Below, in pieces: positions 15,339 through 24,570 of a stretch of DNA of 42,945 nt (its first letter is position 1; every line of letters begins with the position of its first letter). Origin of the DNA: an uncultured Clostridia bacterium (GTDB lineage: Bacteria; Bacillota; Clostridia; Oscillospirales; CAG-272); NCBI GenBank assembly GCA_904502055.1, contig CAJGDZ010000001.1, positions 1 to 42,945 of the forward strand, read 5' to 3'. The translations under genes and the position numbers were made by a program. The notes beneath the pieces were generated by a model. The model did no database searches, was not told where the DNA came from, and saw nothing but the letters and a program-made list of their open reading frames with translations.

Positions 15339-16136
15339 TTATCCGATTCCCTTTAGGAAACTTTGAAGAAGGGGACTCTTGGGGGCACCGAAGACCTCCT
15401 CGGGCGAACCCGTTTCCTCAATGATTCCGTTGGCCATATAAATGATTTGATCCGAAACCTGACGGGCAAATTCCATCTCGTGCGTGACTACGATCATGGT
15501 ACGTCCTTCGTCGCGAAGCTCCTTTATGACCTTCAGCACCTCGCCCGTAAGCTCGGGGTCAAGCGCCGACGTCGGCTCGTCAAAGCAGAGAATGTCGGGC
15601 TTCATTGCCAGTGCACGCGCAATGGAAACGCGCTGCTGCTGACCGCCCGAAAGCTGACAGGGATAGGAATCCTTTTTCTCGGAAAGCCCTACCGCCGCAA
15701 GGAGCTCGGCGGCGTGCTCCTCGATCTCTGCAACCTTCTGTTTCAACTCGGCGTGGGAAAGCTTGTTTTGCTTGGCCTCCTCCTTGGCGCGAAGCTTGGG
15801 CGCCAGGGTGAGGTTCTCCATCACCGAATACTGCGGAAACAGATTGAAGGACTGAAAGACAAGTCCGAAGCGAAGACGGCTTTCGCGGATCTCGGCGGCC
15901 GACTTTTTCTTGTGCTCAGCGGCGTCGAATATGGCGCTTCCGTCCACGGAAATGACACCGGTGTCAGGAGTCTCAAGGAAGTTGAGACAGCGAAGGAGCG
16001 TAGTCTTTCCGCTTCCCGAGGAGCCGATGATCGAAAGCACCTGACCCTTTTCCAGCGAAAAGTCGATCCCCTTCAGCACCTCGGTCTTGCCGAAGCGCTT
16101 GGTTATGTTTTTAACTTCAAGTAATGCCATGTCCAT
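15339..16136 (-). CDS. amino-acid ABC transporter ATP-binding protein
   Basis: 265 aa with Walker A GSSGSGKTT, signature LSGGQQQRVSIARAL, Walker B ILCFDEPTSALD, and a GlnQ/ArtP-like fold. Confidence 0.9.
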   Translation of the reverse strand: MDMALLEVKNITKRFGKTEVLKGIDFSLEKGQVLSIIGSSGSGKTTLLRCLNFLETPDTGVISVDGSAIFDAAEHKKKSAAEIRESRLRFGLVFQSFNLFPQYSVMENLTLAPKLRAKEEAKQNKLSHAELKQKVAEIEEHAAELLAAVGLSEKKDSYPCQLSGGQQQRVSIARALAMKPDILCFDEPTSALDPELTGEVLKVIKELRDEGRTMIVVTHEMEFARQVSDQIIYMANGIIEETGSPEEVFGAPKSPLLQSFLKGIG

Positions 16137-16142
16137 TCCTCC

Positions 16143-16802
16143 TTACACCTTGTAGTAGTCGAGCTTTTTCTCGATAAAGCCGAAAAGAAGCGTGAGGATG
16201 CCGACAAAGGCAAGATAGAATACCGCCGTGTAGAACATCGGCCAGATCAGCGCGTGTGCGGTGTATTCCTCCGCCACCTTGAGAATTTCCACTACCATAA
16301 TGACTCTCGCGAGTGCGGTGTCCTTGACCAGCGTAATGATCTCGTTGGACATCGGGGGAATGATGCGCTTGACGACCTGCATCAGAATGACCTTAAAGAA
16401 GATCTGCGATTTGGTCATGCCCAGCACCTCGCCGGCCTCATACTGACCGCGCGGGATGCCCTCAATGCCGCCTCGGTAAATCTCCGAGAAGTAGCAGGCG
16501 TAGTTGATGACGAATGCCACAATGACCGCGTTGAAGCGCGAGAAGGCGGGCAGATCCCAAAGCAAGCGAGGAACATAGAATACCACAAAGACCTGAAGCA
16601 TAAGCGGCACGCCGCGAATGATCCAGACGAACACCTTTGTGAGGTAAGCCAGCGGCTTGAACTTGGACATAGATCCGAAAGAGATCACCAAACCCAAAGG
16701 AAGCGCTAACACAAGTGTTAGCGCAAAAATCAGGCAGGTGTTTTCAAATCCCTCAAGCAACCGAAGCGTTACCTTAAGAAATGAAGACCAGGTTATTGCC
16801 AT
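16143..16802 (-). CDS. amino-acid ABC transporter permease (His/Glu/Gln/Arg/opine type)
   Basis: 219 aa with about 5 TM helices and an EAA-like loop (...YEAGEVLGMTKSQIFFKVILMQVVKRIIPPM...). Confidence 0.88.
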   Translation of the reverse strand: MAITWSSFLKVTLRLLEGFENTCLIFALTLVLALPLGLVISFGSMSKFKPLAYLTKVFVWIIRGVPLMLQVFVVFYVPRLLWDLPAFSRFNAVIVAFVINYACYFSEIYRGGIEGIPRGQYEAGEVLGMTKSQIFFKVILMQVVKRIIPPMSNEIITLVKDTALARVIMVVEILKVAEEYTAHALIWPMFYTAVFYLAFVGILTLLFGFIEKKLDYYKV

Positions 16803-16826
16803 GTTTTATTCCTTTGTTTGGGTTAA

Positions 16827-17645
16827 TTACTCAATGACTTCAACAAGCTGAACAACGTTCTCGAAGCCATACTTAGCAGCAAGCTCTGCGATCTTTCCGT
16901 TGTCAAAGAGAGTCTTGATGGCCTCGTTTACCTTGGCGGTAAGCTCAGAGCCCTTCTCGAAGCCGATGGCGTAGATCTCGGAATCAAGAACGATCTCCTC
17001 AACGATCATAAGATCAGCGTAGTCGCCCTGTCCGCAGATGTTCTTGGCAAGAACGATGTCCATAACGGCAAAGTCAACGGCACCCGACTTAACCTCAAGG
17101 AAAGCCTTGTTCTGTGCGGGATACTTTTCCATGCTTCCGTTGTCACCGATCACGGTTGCGGCATAGCTCTCACCTGCGCTTCCGCCCTCAACGCCTGCCT
17201 TCTTGCCGGCAAGGTCAGCCTCACTCTTGATGAGGTCCTTGTTGTCAGCCTTGATGACGATGCACTGCTGGTTGAGCATATAGCCGTAAGAGAAGTCAAC
17301 GAGATCCGAACGCTTGGTGTCAACGCCGTCGATCTTATCGGTGGAGTTGGCGGTGAAGCCGTTCCAGATGCAGTCGATGGTGCCTGCCTCAAGCTCGGTG
17401 TACTTCTGGGTCCAGTCGATCTCCTGGAAATCGACCTTCATACCGATCAGCTTACCAACCTCCATAGCAAACTCGGACTCAAAGCCGGTCCAGTTGCCGT
17501 CAGCATCTTTTTCGTTCATGTTTTCAAAAATGGTTACGCCGCAAACAAGCGTGGGGGTTTCATCCTTATCACCGCAGGAAGCGAATGCGAAAGTGAGAGA
17601 GAGCAGCATAAGAACTGCAAGTGTGAGAGAAAGAATCTTTTTCAT
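16827..17645 (-). CDS. amino-acid ABC transporter substrate-binding lipoprotein (family 3 SBP)
   Basis: MKKILSLTLAVLMLLSLTFAFASCGDK has a lipobox. ...IDCIWNGFTAN... and the overall pattern fit polar amino-acid binding proteins. Confidence 0.85.
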   Translation of the reverse strand: MKKILSLTLAVLMLLSLTFAFASCGDKDETPTLVCGVTIFENMNEKDADGNWTGFESEFAMEVGKLIGMKVDFQEIDWTQKYTELEAGTIDCIWNGFTANSTDKIDGVDTKRSDLVDFSYGYMLNQQCIVIKADNKDLIKSEADLAGKKAGVEGGSAGESYAATVIGDNGSMEKYPAQNKAFLEVKSGAVDFAVMDIVLAKNICGQGDYADLMIVEEIVLDSEIYAIGFEKGSELTAKVNEAIKTLFDNGKIAELAAKYGFENVVQLVEVIE

Positions 17646-17711
17646 TTTGAATGTCTCCTGTTTTTTGAATTTGCTTTACCGCTTTAACGAGGTAAAGTGA
17701 TAACGTAGTAT

Positions 17712-17740
17712 ATCTTACCACATATCCCCACGTTTGTCAA
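17712..17740 (-). promoter_or_regulatory. sigma-A type promoter of the ABC transporter operon
   Basis: Minus strand reads TTGACA-17 nt-TAAGAT with a TGg extended -10. Confidence 0.55.
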
Positions 17741-17801
17741 TAGGTTTTTTAAAAAAATAAAAACAATCTTTAAGAATGAGTTTTTTTACTACGTATCAAA
17801 G

Positions 17802-17839
17802 AAAAAAGAACCCCCGCAAGTACATTATACCTTGCGGGG
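17802..17839 (-). terminator. intrinsic terminator downstream of the isomerase/epimerase gene
   Basis: Minus strand reads CCCCGCAAG-(10 nt)-CTTGCGGGG followed by GTTCTTTTTTC. Confidence 0.7.
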
Positions 17840-17911
17840 AAAGAAATGATTTTCTTCCGTATCATTATTATACGCTTTCTTTTTACGTTTGTCAAGCGCT
17901 TTTTCGGCCAA

Positions 17912-18805
17912 TCAAGCCATATCGGCGATCACGTCCTTGATGTACGCGTAATCGTTCTTGGCGAACCAATAGCGGTCGCCGGGGCGGGGAGCCTCCAGAC
18001 AGATCGGGCCGGTATATCCAACCTCTTGAAGCTTCTCAAGATACAGGTGGTGGTTGATCTCGCCGTCACCGAGTGCGGCGGGGAGGCGGAAGCGCGATTC
18101 GGGAAGCTTGATGTAGTTCTTCAGGTGAACGTAGTAGAGCTTATCACCGAACGTATCGATGACCGCATTCAGCGGCATCGGATCGGGGAAGAGGATCATA
18201 TTGCCGTAGTCGAGATTGATGCCCACCATCGGCGAGTCGATCATATCCACCAGGCGGCGTGTGGGGAGGGGAAGGTCGTGAATGTAACCCATATGTGTCT
18301 CGAATGCGAAGCGAAGGTCGATCTTTTCCAGCTCCTTGGCGATGCGACCGTAGGTGTCGGCCGTCAGCTCGAAGGTCTCGTCATTGGCGGCGGCCGAGCC
18401 GTTGAATTCATAGCCGGGGGCGGGGACGGTCTTTAGAGGGCAGTTCTTTACCTCGGCGGTGGTGTTGCACATTTTTGCTCCGCACACCTCACGCACGATC
18501 TTGGCGTTTTCCACCGTCTCGGCAACGATGGCATCGCGCACCTCCTTGTTGGGGCTTGCACAGCCCTTGACCATAAAGCGGAACATGGTTTCGAAGTTTC
18601 CAAGTCCCGCGGTGGCCTTTGCAATCTCCTCGGCATACTCGCGGAAGGAAAGAGATGCGTAGTCCTTGGGGAGCCAGCCGCGGAACTCGATGCCCTCATA
18701 GCCGATGTCAGCGGCAAAGCGGCAAACGTCGGTCAGCGTCTTTTTGCCGTAGCTCGTGCCTGCGACCTCGGCGTAATTGATGTGCATAAGAATGGGATTG
18801 TTCAT
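17912..18805 (-). CDS. sugar phosphate isomerase/epimerase (xylose isomerase-like TIM barrel)
   Basis: MNNPILMHINYAEVAGTSYGKK...GYEGIEFRG...FETHMGYIHD...YVHLKNY... matches the AP endonuclease 2/xylose isomerase-like fold pattern. ATG 18805 is 6 nt after GAGGTG. Confidence 0.7.
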   Translation of the reverse strand: MNNPILMHINYAEVAGTSYGKKTLTDVCRFAADIGYEGIEFRGWLPKDYASLSFREYAEEIAKATAGLGNFETMFRFMVKGCASPNKEVRDAIVAETVENAKIVREVCGAKMCNTTAEVKNCPLKTVPAPGYEFNGSAAANDETFELTADTYGRIAKELEKIDLRFAFETHMGYIHDLPLPTRRLVDMIDSPMVGINLDYGNMILFPDPMPLNAVIDTFGDKLYYVHLKNYIKLPESRFRLPAALGDGEINHHLYLEKLQEVGYTGPICLEAPRPGDRYWFAKNDYAYIKDVIADMA

Positions 18806-18933
18806 AAGATTCACCTCGTTTGATTTGGATGCAATTTTACCGTAGAAGGTCAAAGCTTCTTTCTTTTAGTATAGCATAATAAAAAATGAATGGAATTGTA
18901 TTTTTTATTATTTTTATTGCAATTTCTATCTTT

Positions 18934-19224
18934 TTAGATATAATAGTCGATTGCTACACTGCTTTCGCGGACGGCGTGCATATGCGTTTTTACCACGCTC
19001 ACGTGGTAGGGGTCACTCTGGTAGTCGGCAAGTGCCTTTGGGTCATCAAGCAGGACACTAAGCACCACGTCATACGAGCGCTCAGAGTGCAGAAAGTCTA
19101 CGCCGACCTCAATGCCGCGGAGCTGGGGAACGTTGCCCTCCATCGAGCGGAGTATCTCTGCCGCCTTTTCGCATTCCTCACGGCTGTTGTTTTTCAGTTT
19201 AAAGCATACGATATGTTTGATCAT
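18934..19224 (-). CDS. Dabb (stress-responsive alpha/beta barrel) family protein
   Basis: MIKHIVCFKLKNNSREECEKAAEILRSMEGNVPQLRGIEVGVDFLHSERSYDVVLSVLLDDPKALADYQSDPYHVSVV is a typical Dabb sequence. ATG 19224 is 7 nt after AAGGAG. Confidence 0.8.
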   Translation of the reverse strand: MIKHIVCFKLKNNSREECEKAAEILRSMEGNVPQLRGIEVGVDFLHSERSYDVVLSVLLDDPKALADYQSDPYHVSVVKTHMHAVRESSVAIDYYI

Positions 19225-19253
19225 CGCGGATCTCCTTGTCATTTTCTCAATTT

Positions 19254-19283
19254 ATTATAATACAAACTGAGCGAAAAAGTCAA
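19254..19283 (-). promoter_or_regulatory. sigma-A type promoter of the Dabb gene
   Basis: Minus strand reads TTGACT-18 nt-TATAAT. Confidence 0.5.
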
Positions 19284-19360
19284 GAAAAACGAAAAATTTG
19301 ACCGTAAAATCGTATAAAAGAGAAAAAAATAATTTTTTTTAAAAAAATTTAAAAAAGGGC

Positions 19361-19389
19361 TTGATTTTTTCTTTTCTTTGTGGTATTAT
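19361..19389 (+). promoter_or_regulatory. sigma-A type promoter of the tRNA-Ser/tRNA-Thr unit
   Basis: TTGATT-17 nt-TATTAT with a TGg extended -10. It is preceded by a long A/T-rich UP-like tract and lies 11 nt before tRNA-Ser. Confidence 0.6.
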
Positions 19390-19400
19390 ATTGAAGTCAC

Positions 19401-19492
19401 GGAGAGATGGCTGAGCTGGTCTAAGGCGCACGACTGGAAATCGTGTTAAGGCTAATACCCTTACGAGGGTTCGAATCCCTCTCTCTCCGCCA
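19401..19492 (+). tRNA. tRNA-Ser (anticodon GGA)
   Basis: GGAGAGATGGCTGAGCTGGTCTAAGGCGCACGACTGGAAATCGTG...GGTTCGAATCCCTCTCTCTCCGCCA has a long variable arm, anticodon loop CTGGAAA and an encoded CCA. Confidence 0.9.
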
Positions 19493-19502
19493 CTTGAATA
19501 AT

Positions 19503-19578
19503 GCTGGTATGGCTCAGTCGGTAGAGCACGTCATTGGTAATGACGAGGTCATCAGTTCGATTCTGATTACCAGCTCCA
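19503..19578 (+). tRNA. tRNA-Thr (anticodon GGU)
   Basis: GCTGGTATGGCTCAGTCGGTAGAGCACGTCATTGGTAATGACGAGGTCATCAGTTCGATTCTGATTACCAGCTCCA has anticodon loop TTGGTAA. Confidence 0.9.
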
Positions 19579-19580
19579 AA

Positions 19581-19617
19581 AATCCCGAACACCTTGGTGT
19601 TCGGGATTTTCTTTTTT
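19581..19617. terminator. bidirectional intrinsic terminator
   Basis: AATCCCGAACACC/GGTGTTCGGGATT is followed by TTCTTTTTT. It sits between the tRNA-Thr 3' end and the ylbJ stop. Confidence 0.8.
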
Positions 19618-20573
19618 CAAAAAACAAACGGCGAGAGGATAAGCACCGACAGTGCGCAAAGGAGCGCCTGCGCTGCGCGTGCGCAGAGGTACGGACGGAA
19701 GGAAAGACCGCGTCCGTCGGCAAGCGTCACCAGCTGGCAGTGCACCGAAAGTCCCGACCATCCGACCGTCAGCGCACAGAGCATCACCGAGAGAGGGCGC
19801 TTGTGGAGCGCGGCGGCGGCACTCACACCGGAGGACATCTCAAAAAAACCGTACAAAAGAGCGGTTATTGCTTCGGGAAGCGCCAAGCCTTCCAGGGCGT
19901 GTGACAGACACCCGATGACCGTTCCGAAAAACAAAATATACGCGCAGACTGTCAGCATGGCGGTGGTGGCTGAGGCAATTGCCGCGGTGAAGGCACCGGG
20001 GGCCGGCGACAGAGGCGCAGTGCGCGGAGCTTCTTTCGCAGAGGCTTCTTTTTTTCGTGTGACGATTCCAACCGTGACCGCGCTTGCCATACAGCAAAGC
20101 CAAAGTAAGAGACCAAAGGCGCGATTGCGATACAGAGAGGTGCCTACGGCAGAGACCAAAAAAGCAATGCTCGGCAGATTGGAAAATCCGAGCAGTCGTT
20201 CGCACTCGTTTTTGGAAATTTGCCCCTTGTCATATAGTGCGAGAGACATTCGCGCACCAACGGGAAACCCGCAAAGAAACCCGAGAAAAACGGCGGCGGC
20301 ACTTGACACGGATATGCCGAACAGACGGGCGAGGGGGCGTCCCAGCCTTTGCCCGAACAAATCGCCAAAGCCGAAGGCGATCAAAAGCTCGGAGAGAACC
20401 ATAAAGGGGAAAAGCGAGGGAATGATCGCCCGCGCGCAAAGCGAGAGAGCGCGCGTGACGCACTCGGCAGCTACGGCAGGATTTTTGAGTACAAGCAAAA
20501 TCAGGAATAAGATCAGCAGGCAAAGGGCGGCTGCCGTGTTTCTTGTCTTCTTGGTCAGCAGGTTTCCGGTCAT
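19617..20573 (-). CDS. ylbJ: sporulation integral membrane protein YlbJ-like (nucleoside-recognition/Gate domain family)
   Basis: 318 aa polytopic protein: ...AAECVTRALSLCARAIIPSLFPFMVLSELL...GFLCGFPVGARMSLALYDKGQISKNECERLLGFSN... These motifs are as I recall for YlbJ. It is divergent from yqfC/yqfD. GGAGG RBS is present. Confidence 0.6.
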   Translation of the reverse strand: MTGNLLTKKTRNTAAALCLLILFLILLVLKNPAVAAECVTRALSLCARAIIPSLFPFMVLSELLIAFGFGDLFGQRLGRPLARLFGISVSSAAAVFLGFLCGFPVGARMSLALYDKGQISKNECERLLGFSNLPSIAFLVSAVGTSLYRNRAFGLLLWLCCMASAVTVGIVTRKKEASAKEAPRTAPLSPAPGAFTAAIASATTAMLTVCAYILFFGTVIGCLSHALEGLALPEAITALLYGFFEMSSGVSAAAALHKRPLSVMLCALTVGWSGLSVHCQLVTLADGRGLSFRPYLCARAAQALLCALSVLILSPFVF

Positions 20574-20635
20574 TCTTTGTTGCCTCCGCGCATAAAGTAG
20601 GGTATATTTATTTGTACGGGAAAGGGTGGTCGGTT

Positions 20636-20938
20636 ATGCCGAGAAAGGGTGTTTTTAAAACAGAAAAAGCAGAAAAGCGTTCGCCGATCGGGCGCATACG
20701 GGAGAGGGCGGAGGCCTTCTTCGGTATGCCATACGTCGAGTGCCGCGGCTTTCGGAGTGTGACGGTGGAGGGGGCCCAAAAAATCGAGTCTATGACGCAG
20801 GAGTGTGTGGTCGTTTTGCTTGACCGGGGGCGTCTTGCCGTTTGTGGGGAGAACTTGATCTGTGCCTCCTTCCGAAACGGATGTCTTACCGTAGACGGCG
20901 AGATCGACTCGGTCGGCAAATGGAGGCGTGAGGCATGA
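20636..20938 (+). CDS. yqfC: sporulation protein YqfC
   Basis: 100 aa: ...FGMPYVECRGFRSVTVEGAQKIESMTQECVVVLLDRGRLAVCGENLICASFRNGCLTVDGEIDSV. This shows the YabP/YqfC family pattern and lies immediately upstream of yqfD. ATG 20636 is chosen, since the ORF-track start at 20543 overlaps ylbJ. Confidence 0.75.
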   Translation: MPRKGVFKTEKAEKRSPIGRIRERAEAFFGMPYVECRGFRSVTVEGAQKIESMTQECVVVLLDRGRLAVCGENLICASFRNGCLTVDGEIDSVGKWRREA

Positions 20939-22155
20939 GCTTGTTTGGCTTTTTTGGCGGAAGAACGGTATTTGCCGCCAAGGGAAAGGACGCGGCAAGG
21001 ATCTTCAACAAATGTATGGAAGAAAAAATCATGTATGTGAAAAGCGTATGGGACGGAGAGTCCTTTCTTTTGTACATTGAGGGGCGGGCGGCCTCTCGCT
21101 TTGCGGAGCTTTGTGAAAGGGAGCGGATCGAGGTGGAGGTGCGAAGCCGTAAGGGCTTGCCCGAGCTTTGGTCGCGCTATCGTAGCCGCCCGGGGCTTTG
21201 GCTTGGCCTTTTGCTTGCCGTGGGCTTGCTTGCTTTGTCCAGAGGGGTGATCTGGAGCATTCGCATTGAGGGCAATGAGCGTCTTGGTGAGGATCGAATC
21301 CTCTCGTTGCTTGCCGAAAACGGCATTGAGGTGGGGACCCCCTTGCGCGATCTGCGACCGGCTGTGGCGGAGGGCAACATCCTTCTTGCGGAAAAGGACA
21401 TTTCCTGGATCTCACTTTATGCCGTGGGAACTACGCTGAACGTGGAGGTGCGAGAGACCGAGCGGGGGGATCCGACGGCGGAGGGGGCGGCCAATCTGGT
21501 GGCGCTTTGTGACGGTGTGATCGAGCGCATCGAGGTGTGCGACGGAAGCGTGGTGATAAAAAAGGGAGATGTGGTACGGCAGGGTGAGCTTTTGGTCAGC
21601 GGCGTTTATGACACGCCCGAGGGCGGCTCGCTTCGGCAGACGCTCGCGCGCGGGGAGGTGTTTGCCCGGACGATACACGAATATGAAGTCAAAATTCCTG
21701 TTTTGTATGAAAAAAAGGTGTATACCGGACGGCAGTGGTGCGAAAAACGAATAAATTTTTTTGCAAAAGACATAAAAGTTTTCGCAAATACTGGAAATGC
21801 ACCCCCAACTTGTGATATAATATACTATGAAGACAAGTTCAGCTTGCTTGGAGGCAAGGAGCTTCCCCTTGGGATGGATACCGTTCTGTTTCGCGAATAC
21901 GTGATGGAAACGGTAAAGCTTTCCCCCGGGGAGGCGGCGTCCTATGCCTTTGCTGAGCTGGAGCGTGAGCTGGCCGAGCTTTCGGTAAGGGCTGAGCTTC
22001 TGGGAAAGGATATTTCCTTTGAGTTGACCGACGAAGCATATTATCTCAGCTGTTGCATCACCTGCTTGGAAAACATAGCCGTTACGCAAAGGATCGAAGC
22101 GTGGCGGGGAACGGAGTTGTATGGCACAAAAAATCATCGGAGTGGAAACCAGTGA
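20935..22155 (+). CDS. yqfD: sporulation protein YqfD (stage IV)
   Basis: 406 aa with one central TM helix (PGLWLGLLLAVGLLALS). The general YqfD layout and synteny fit. The start overlaps the yqfC stop (ATGA). Confidence 0.75.
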   Translation: MSLFGFFGGRTVFAAKGKDAARIFNKCMEEKIMYVKSVWDGESFLLYIEGRAASRFAELCERERIEVEVRSRKGLPELWSRYRSRPGLWLGLLLAVGLLALSRGVIWSIRIEGNERLGEDRILSLLAENGIEVGTPLRDLRPAVAEGNILLAEKDISWISLYAVGTTLNVEVRETERGDPTAEGAANLVALCDGVIERIEVCDGSVVIKKGDVVRQGELLVSGVYDTPEGGSLRQTLARGEVFARTIHEYEVKIPVLYEKKVYTGRQWCEKRINFFAKDIKVFANTGNAPPTCDIIYYEDKFSLLGGKELPLGMDTVLFREYVMETVKLSPGEAASYAFAELERELAELSVRAELLGKDISFELTDEAYYLSCCITCLENIAVTQRIEAWRGTELYGTKNHRSGNQ

Positions 22156-23167
22156 ACAGACCCTAAAGCTATTCGGCAGCTTTGACTGTCATGCAAGGAT
22201 GCTGGAGGATGCCTTTGCGGTGGATATTCGCAATCGCGAGACCGACAACGGCAACGCCATTGTGATCGAGGGCGATGACGAGGCGGTGGCGGCTACTCAC
22301 CGTGCGCTTTCCTATCTTAAGGACGTGGCACAGATGAGCGATACGCTTGACGAGCAATCGGTGCGGTACGTCATCAATATGGTGCGCGACGGTCATGCCG
22401 ACGAGCTGGAAAAGCTGGACGGCAGCATCTGCATCACGGGACGCGGCAAGCCCATCAAGGCTAAGACCGTCGGTCAGAAGAAGTATGTAGAAGCCATTGA
22501 AAAAAATACCATTACGCTTGGCATCGGCCCTGCAGGTACGGGAAAGACCTTTCTTGCGGTGGCAATGGCGGTCAAGGCGCTCAGAGAAAAACGTATCAGC
22601 CGCATTCTTTTGACACGCCCTGCCATTGAGGCGGGCGAAAAGCTGGGCTTTTTGCCGGGCGATCTGCAAAGCAAGATCGATCCCTATCTCCGTCCGCTTT
22701 ATGACGCACTGTATGAGATGATCGGCACCGAGGCGTATGCGCGCTTTGTGGAAAAGGGCACCATCGAGATCGCACCGCTGGCGTATATGCGAGGTCGGAC
22801 GCTGGACGATTCCTTCATCATTCTTGATGAGGCGCAGAACGCCACGCCCGAGCAGATGAAGATGTTTTTGACGCGTCTGGGCTTCAACTCCAAAATGGTG
22901 GTGACGGGAGACCTGACGCAGACCGACCTGCCAAGCGGTCAGAAGAGCGGTCTTGCGGCGGCGGTCAAGATTCTGGAGGATATTGACGACATTGCCATTC
23001 ACCGCTTCACCGACCGCGACGTGGTGCGCCACAAGCTGGTGCAGAAGATCATTCTTGCTTACGAAAAGCACGAAAGAGAGGGCGCACGCAAGGCCGAGGA
23101 GGAACGGGAAAAACGAAAGCTCCGCTATGCACCGAGCAAAGGAGCAGAAGGGAAGAGTACAAAATGA
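22121..23167 (+). CDS. phoH: PhoH-family ATPase
   Basis: 348 aa with Walker A GIGPAGTGKTFLA, IILDEAQN, and an N-terminal KH-like region (TLKLFGSFDCHARMLEDAF). It overlaps the yqfD end by 35 nt. Confidence 0.88.
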   Translation: MAQKIIGVETSEQTLKLFGSFDCHARMLEDAFAVDIRNRETDNGNAIVIEGDDEAVAATHRALSYLKDVAQMSDTLDEQSVRYVINMVRDGHADELEKLDGSICITGRGKPIKAKTVGQKKYVEAIEKNTITLGIGPAGTGKTFLAVAMAVKALREKRISRILLTRPAIEAGEKLGFLPGDLQSKIDPYLRPLYDALYEMIGTEAYARFVEKGTIEIAPLAYMRGRTLDDSFIILDEAQNATPEQMKMFLTRLGFNSKMVVTGDLTQTDLPSGQKSGLAAAVKILEDIDDIAIHRFTDRDVVRHKLVQKIILAYEKHEREGARKAEEEREKRKLRYAPSKGAEGKSTK

Positions 23168-23640
23168 GACTTCTTATATATTTTGAAAATCAGCAAAAAA
23201 AGGAGCCCATCCGCTATTCGCTCAAGATGCTGGTGCGCAGGGCGGTGGAGGCCACGCTTGCCTATGAGAATATGAAGGATGACTGTGAGGTTTCGGTCAC
23301 CTTTTGTGACAACGAAGGGATCCGTGAGATGAACAAGCGCTTTCGCAACATAGACCGCGAGACCGACGTGTTGTCCTTTCCGTTGTTTGATGACGACGGA
23401 ATGGACGCGCACGTGGAGGAGCTGAATTGCGTGCTGGGTGACATCGTGCTTTCGCTGGAGAAGGCGCGCGCGCAGGCCGAGGAATTCGGACATAGCTTTG
23501 AGAGGGAGGTTGCCTTCCTTACGGTACATTCGGTGCTTCACTTGCTCGGATACGACCACGAGACGGGTGAGGCGGACGAGCGGGATATGCGCCGTCGGCA
23601 GAGTGAGATCGTGGACAAGCTTGGGCTCTCGGTAAAATAA
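23164..23640 (+). CDS. ybeY: rRNA maturation endoribonuclease YbeY
   Basis: 158 aa with the zinc motif HSVLHLLGYDH. Confidence 0.92.
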   Translation: MRLLIYFENQQKKEPIRYSLKMLVRRAVEATLAYENMKDDCEVSVTFCDNEGIREMNKRFRNIDRETDVLSFPLFDDDGMDAHVEELNCVLGDIVLSLEKARAQAEEFGHSFEREVAFLTVHSVLHLLGYDHETGEADERDMRRRQSEIVDKLGLSVK

Positions 23641-23658
23641 AAGGAAAAGGAAGCATAT

Positions 23659-24555
23659 ATGAAAAAGACAGGATTTATTGCCATTGTGGGGCGTCCGAAC
23701 GTTGGAAAATCCACACTGATGAATCAGATTTTGGGCGAGAAGGTTGCCATTGTTTCGGCTAAGCCCCAGACCACGCGCAACCGTATTCTCGGCATTTATA
23801 CACGAGGTGAGGAGCAGTTTGTTTTTCTGGATACGCCCGGCATTCACAAGCCCAAGAATCGCCTTGGTGAATATATGGTGGGCGCGGCCAATTCCTCACT
23901 CCACGATGCCGATGCGGTGGTGCTCGTTGTGGACGTGGGCAGGGAGCCGTCGTCGGTCGAGGAGGATGTGATCGCGTATCTGCAAAAATCCAAGATTCCC
24001 TCGGTGCTTGCGCTCAACAAGGTGGATCTGTACCAGAGAGAAAAGATTGCCCAGACCATTGCCGCATACGCCGCTAAATACAACTTTGACGCCTTTGTGC
24101 CGATCTGTGCCAAGAGTGGCGGCAAGGTGGAGGAGCTTTTGGACGAGTGCGCGAAATTCCTCGCCGAGTCCGAGTGGATGTTCCCCGAGGATATGATCAC
24201 CGACCAGCCCGAACGTCAGATCGCGGCCGAGGTCATTCGCGAAAAGATCCTCCGCACCACTGACCGCGAGGTTCCGCACGGAACGGCCGTCGTTATCGAG
24301 GAATTCACCGACGAGGGTACCATGATCCGCATTCGTGCGGAGATCTTCTGCGAGAAGGAGTCGCACAAGGGGATCCTTGTCGGAAAGGGCGGAGCGAATC
24401 TCAAGCTGATCGGAAGCTATGCCCGTCAGGATCTTGAGAAGTTCTTTGGCACCAAGGTGTATCTCAATCTTTGGGTCAAGGTCAAGGAAAACTGGCGCGA
24501 CAGCGTGGGTATGGTGACCAATTTCGGATACAACAAAAAGGAAGATTATAATTAA
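23659..24555 (+). CDS. era: GTPase Era
   Basis: 298 aa with G1 GRPNVGKST, DTPG, NKVD and a C-terminal KH domain. Confidence 0.95.
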   Translation: MKKTGFIAIVGRPNVGKSTLMNQILGEKVAIVSAKPQTTRNRILGIYTRGEEQFVFLDTPGIHKPKNRLGEYMVGAANSSLHDADAVVLVVDVGREPSSVEEDVIAYLQKSKIPSVLALNKVDLYQREKIAQTIAAYAAKYNFDAFVPICAKSGGKVEELLDECAKFLAESEWMFPEDMITDQPERQIAAEVIREKILRTTDREVPHGTAVVIEEFTDEGTMIRIRAEIFCEKESHKGILVGKGGANLKLIGSYARQDLEKFFGTKVYLNLWVKVKENWRDSVGMVTNFGYNKKEDYN

Positions 24556-24570
24556 GGAAGGAAACGTGCG

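Noticed and set aside
19594-20595. 333-aa ORF on the + strand
   Set aside because: It is antisense to ylbJ. It would start inside the tRNA terminator, and its composition is R/A/S/P-rich.
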